DNA of 62,631 bases, the filler included, from Dicyema japonicum (taxonomy: Eukaryota; Animalia; Dicyemida): the NCBI GenBank assembly GCA_011109175.1. It is 7 parts of 7 records of this genome, joined end to end, with 100 filler letters (N's around TTAATTAATTAA, not from the genome) between each part and the next. Parts side by side here need not be neighbours in the genome. Positions count along the whole stretch, not along the records: positions 51,713 to 62,631 come from RDEW01000096.1; 6 more parts are not named here. One strand, given 5' to 3'. Each line of letters opens with the position of its first letter. The first letter of the stretch is position 1. The position numbers and the translations under genes were made by a program. This document shows, in pieces, positions 60,983 through 62,631 of this stretch. The notes under the pieces are model-generated. The model did no database searches and was not told the origin of the DNA. It saw only the letters and a program-made list of their open reading frames with translations.

Positions 60983-62474
60983 TTAAGTAACTTTTTTTAG
61001 TCTACTCATTAATACAGTCGATATTTCTCCTTTCGAATTTTTTATCTATCAAATTAAACTATTTAAAACTACCTCCACGCGATTATTCGATAAAATATTA
61101 ATTATTTCTGCAACTGGATAATACTGAGACTCAAACTTATCCAGTCGCAATGAGGGATTTGTTCCAAAGTCCTTTTTAGCCCGAACCTATTTATTAATGT
61201 TTTTGATTCATACTTTATCTCCCATGTTAAAAGTATATTTACTATTATGAACATTCATTTTCCTGTTCATAGCTTTGTAATAATTAGAATTTTCTTCAAT
61301 CGATTTAATTTCGAAATTGAATCTCTTCGCATTCGGACACAAATTATCTGACTGGGAATTATCTAGATATAAATTTTTTAAATCAAACTACGTGATTTTC
61401 AATAGATTCTGGAGTCGAACAATTAACCAAATCGTCAATTTGTTCTGGAATCGCACACTCATCACTTAAATTATCTAAGTCATAATGATATAAGTATAAC
61501 CATTAATTATTGAATTTATTCCCTTAATTCCTCGATATCTTTCGAAAGGACTTTCGTTAGAAAATGAATGGACCGATATGTTGTAACTGTAGACAGCACT
61601 TTCTAATTTATCAAGCCACTTTTTTTCACTGTTATCCAGCATTTTTGACAACTTCCTCGTGATCGTCTGATTAAATCTTTCGACAATTCCTTGTGCTCAT
61701 GGATTGTAAGGCCTTCCGTGAATTTGCTTAATGTTAAAATCTTCGCAAAGTTTTGTTATTTCTTGATTTTTAAATTCAGAACCTTTGTCCGACTGAAGAA
61801 ATTTACAGGCGGAACAAAGATCTTAAGTTTTCACATACTTTTTTACCAGACTTATTATAGAGTGGTCGTACAAAAGCGAATCTATAAATTAAAAAAAAAC
61901 CAACCTACTATATATGTCAATGACCGTTAAAATCCATTTGAAATTTTCATTTAATGTTGAAAATTTTTTCAGGTCTATTAGATCTACTGAAAACGTTCAT
62001 TTGGAGAAGAAGCAAACACATGGTGATTTATATCTCCAATCTACAATTATAAAAAATCACGAACTATCAAAGGACGCGAAAATTTGCAGACTTCACAATT
62101 TCGAATGACTTTTCTGATAATCTCATTCTTTACAGTGAAGTATCTTTGTCGACATTCATACTCAATTTTATTGACTCCTCCGTGTGAAAACTCGTGCAAC
62201 GATTTCGCAACATGCTCCATTTCGGTTTCATTATCCAGGGATATGACTAACTTGGGATCAGTTGATTTAAGATACAGTCTAAAATTATTGAAAATTTACA
62301 ATACCTGTCATTGATAATAGAAAAATTCTCTATCTTCTTTACAAGCCTATATTTTCGGTGCCTCGGAAGATTTTCGGGAAATTTATCATGCAAAGCATCT
62401 TTTAAAGTTTGATATTCAACGCAATCTTTCACAAAACCCTTGTAAGAAGCCATTGCAACAAAATAATCTTCCAT
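60983..62474 (-). pseudogene. Ginger-like DDE integrase/transposase with 7 micro-introns; disabled
   Basis: HHCC finger (LHEFSHGG..CEVC), D (VDLIDL), D (QSDKGSEF), E (GIVERFNQT), YSYN..H..SPF, and C-terminal VRAKKDFGTNPSLRLDKFE..SRLKK. Introns 62279-62304, 62041-62064, 61882-61904, 61475-61500, 61363-61391, 61187-61213 and 61046-61072 (26, 24, 23, 26, 29, 27, 27 nt). Lesions near 61985, 61805 and 61360, plus TGA at 61697-61699. Confidence 0.9.
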
Positions 62475-62631
62475 GCTATAAATCACGCTAGAAATCTAGG
62501 TTTACCGCTATAAAAAAATAAAATCTTTATAATCATAACATTTATGAATAAAAAACTAATTTAACAGGATTAAATCACGATATAAATCGGATATATAAAA
62601 TTAAATGTCGGATAATCCAATGAGGGACTCA

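Overview
AT-rich eukaryotic (animal-type) genomic DNA, dominated by decayed transposable elements. It is stitched from several contigs: six 44N-TTAATTAATTAA-44N linkers and one 704-N gap. The ORF track misses most real genes because they are split by GT-AG micro-introns of 21-30 nt; I spliced about 35 by hand. Micro-introns, the standard genetic code and animal-type genes point to a dicyemid mesozoan or similar compact animal parasite (inference). Spliced host genes: a trefoil + GH31 lysosomal alpha-glucosidase (7 introns, cut by a linker); a 177-aa MBD2/3 homolog that appears to lack the methyl-CpG-binding domain; a tandem pair of about 69-aa putative secreted proteins; three divergent LAMP-like paralogs; and a TANGO6-like pseudogene. 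Mobile DNA: Ginger-like DDE integrase transposons whose genes carry host-sized micro-introns (one with 7 introns; one bounded by 50-bp TGT TIRs and a 5-bp TSD); hAT/Buster elements and MITEs with TSDs; Tc1 and pogo remnants; CRE, R4/NeSL, RTE and I/Jockey LINE fragments; and at least two tRNA-derived SINE families. All coordinates and translations were derived by eye and no database searches were run.
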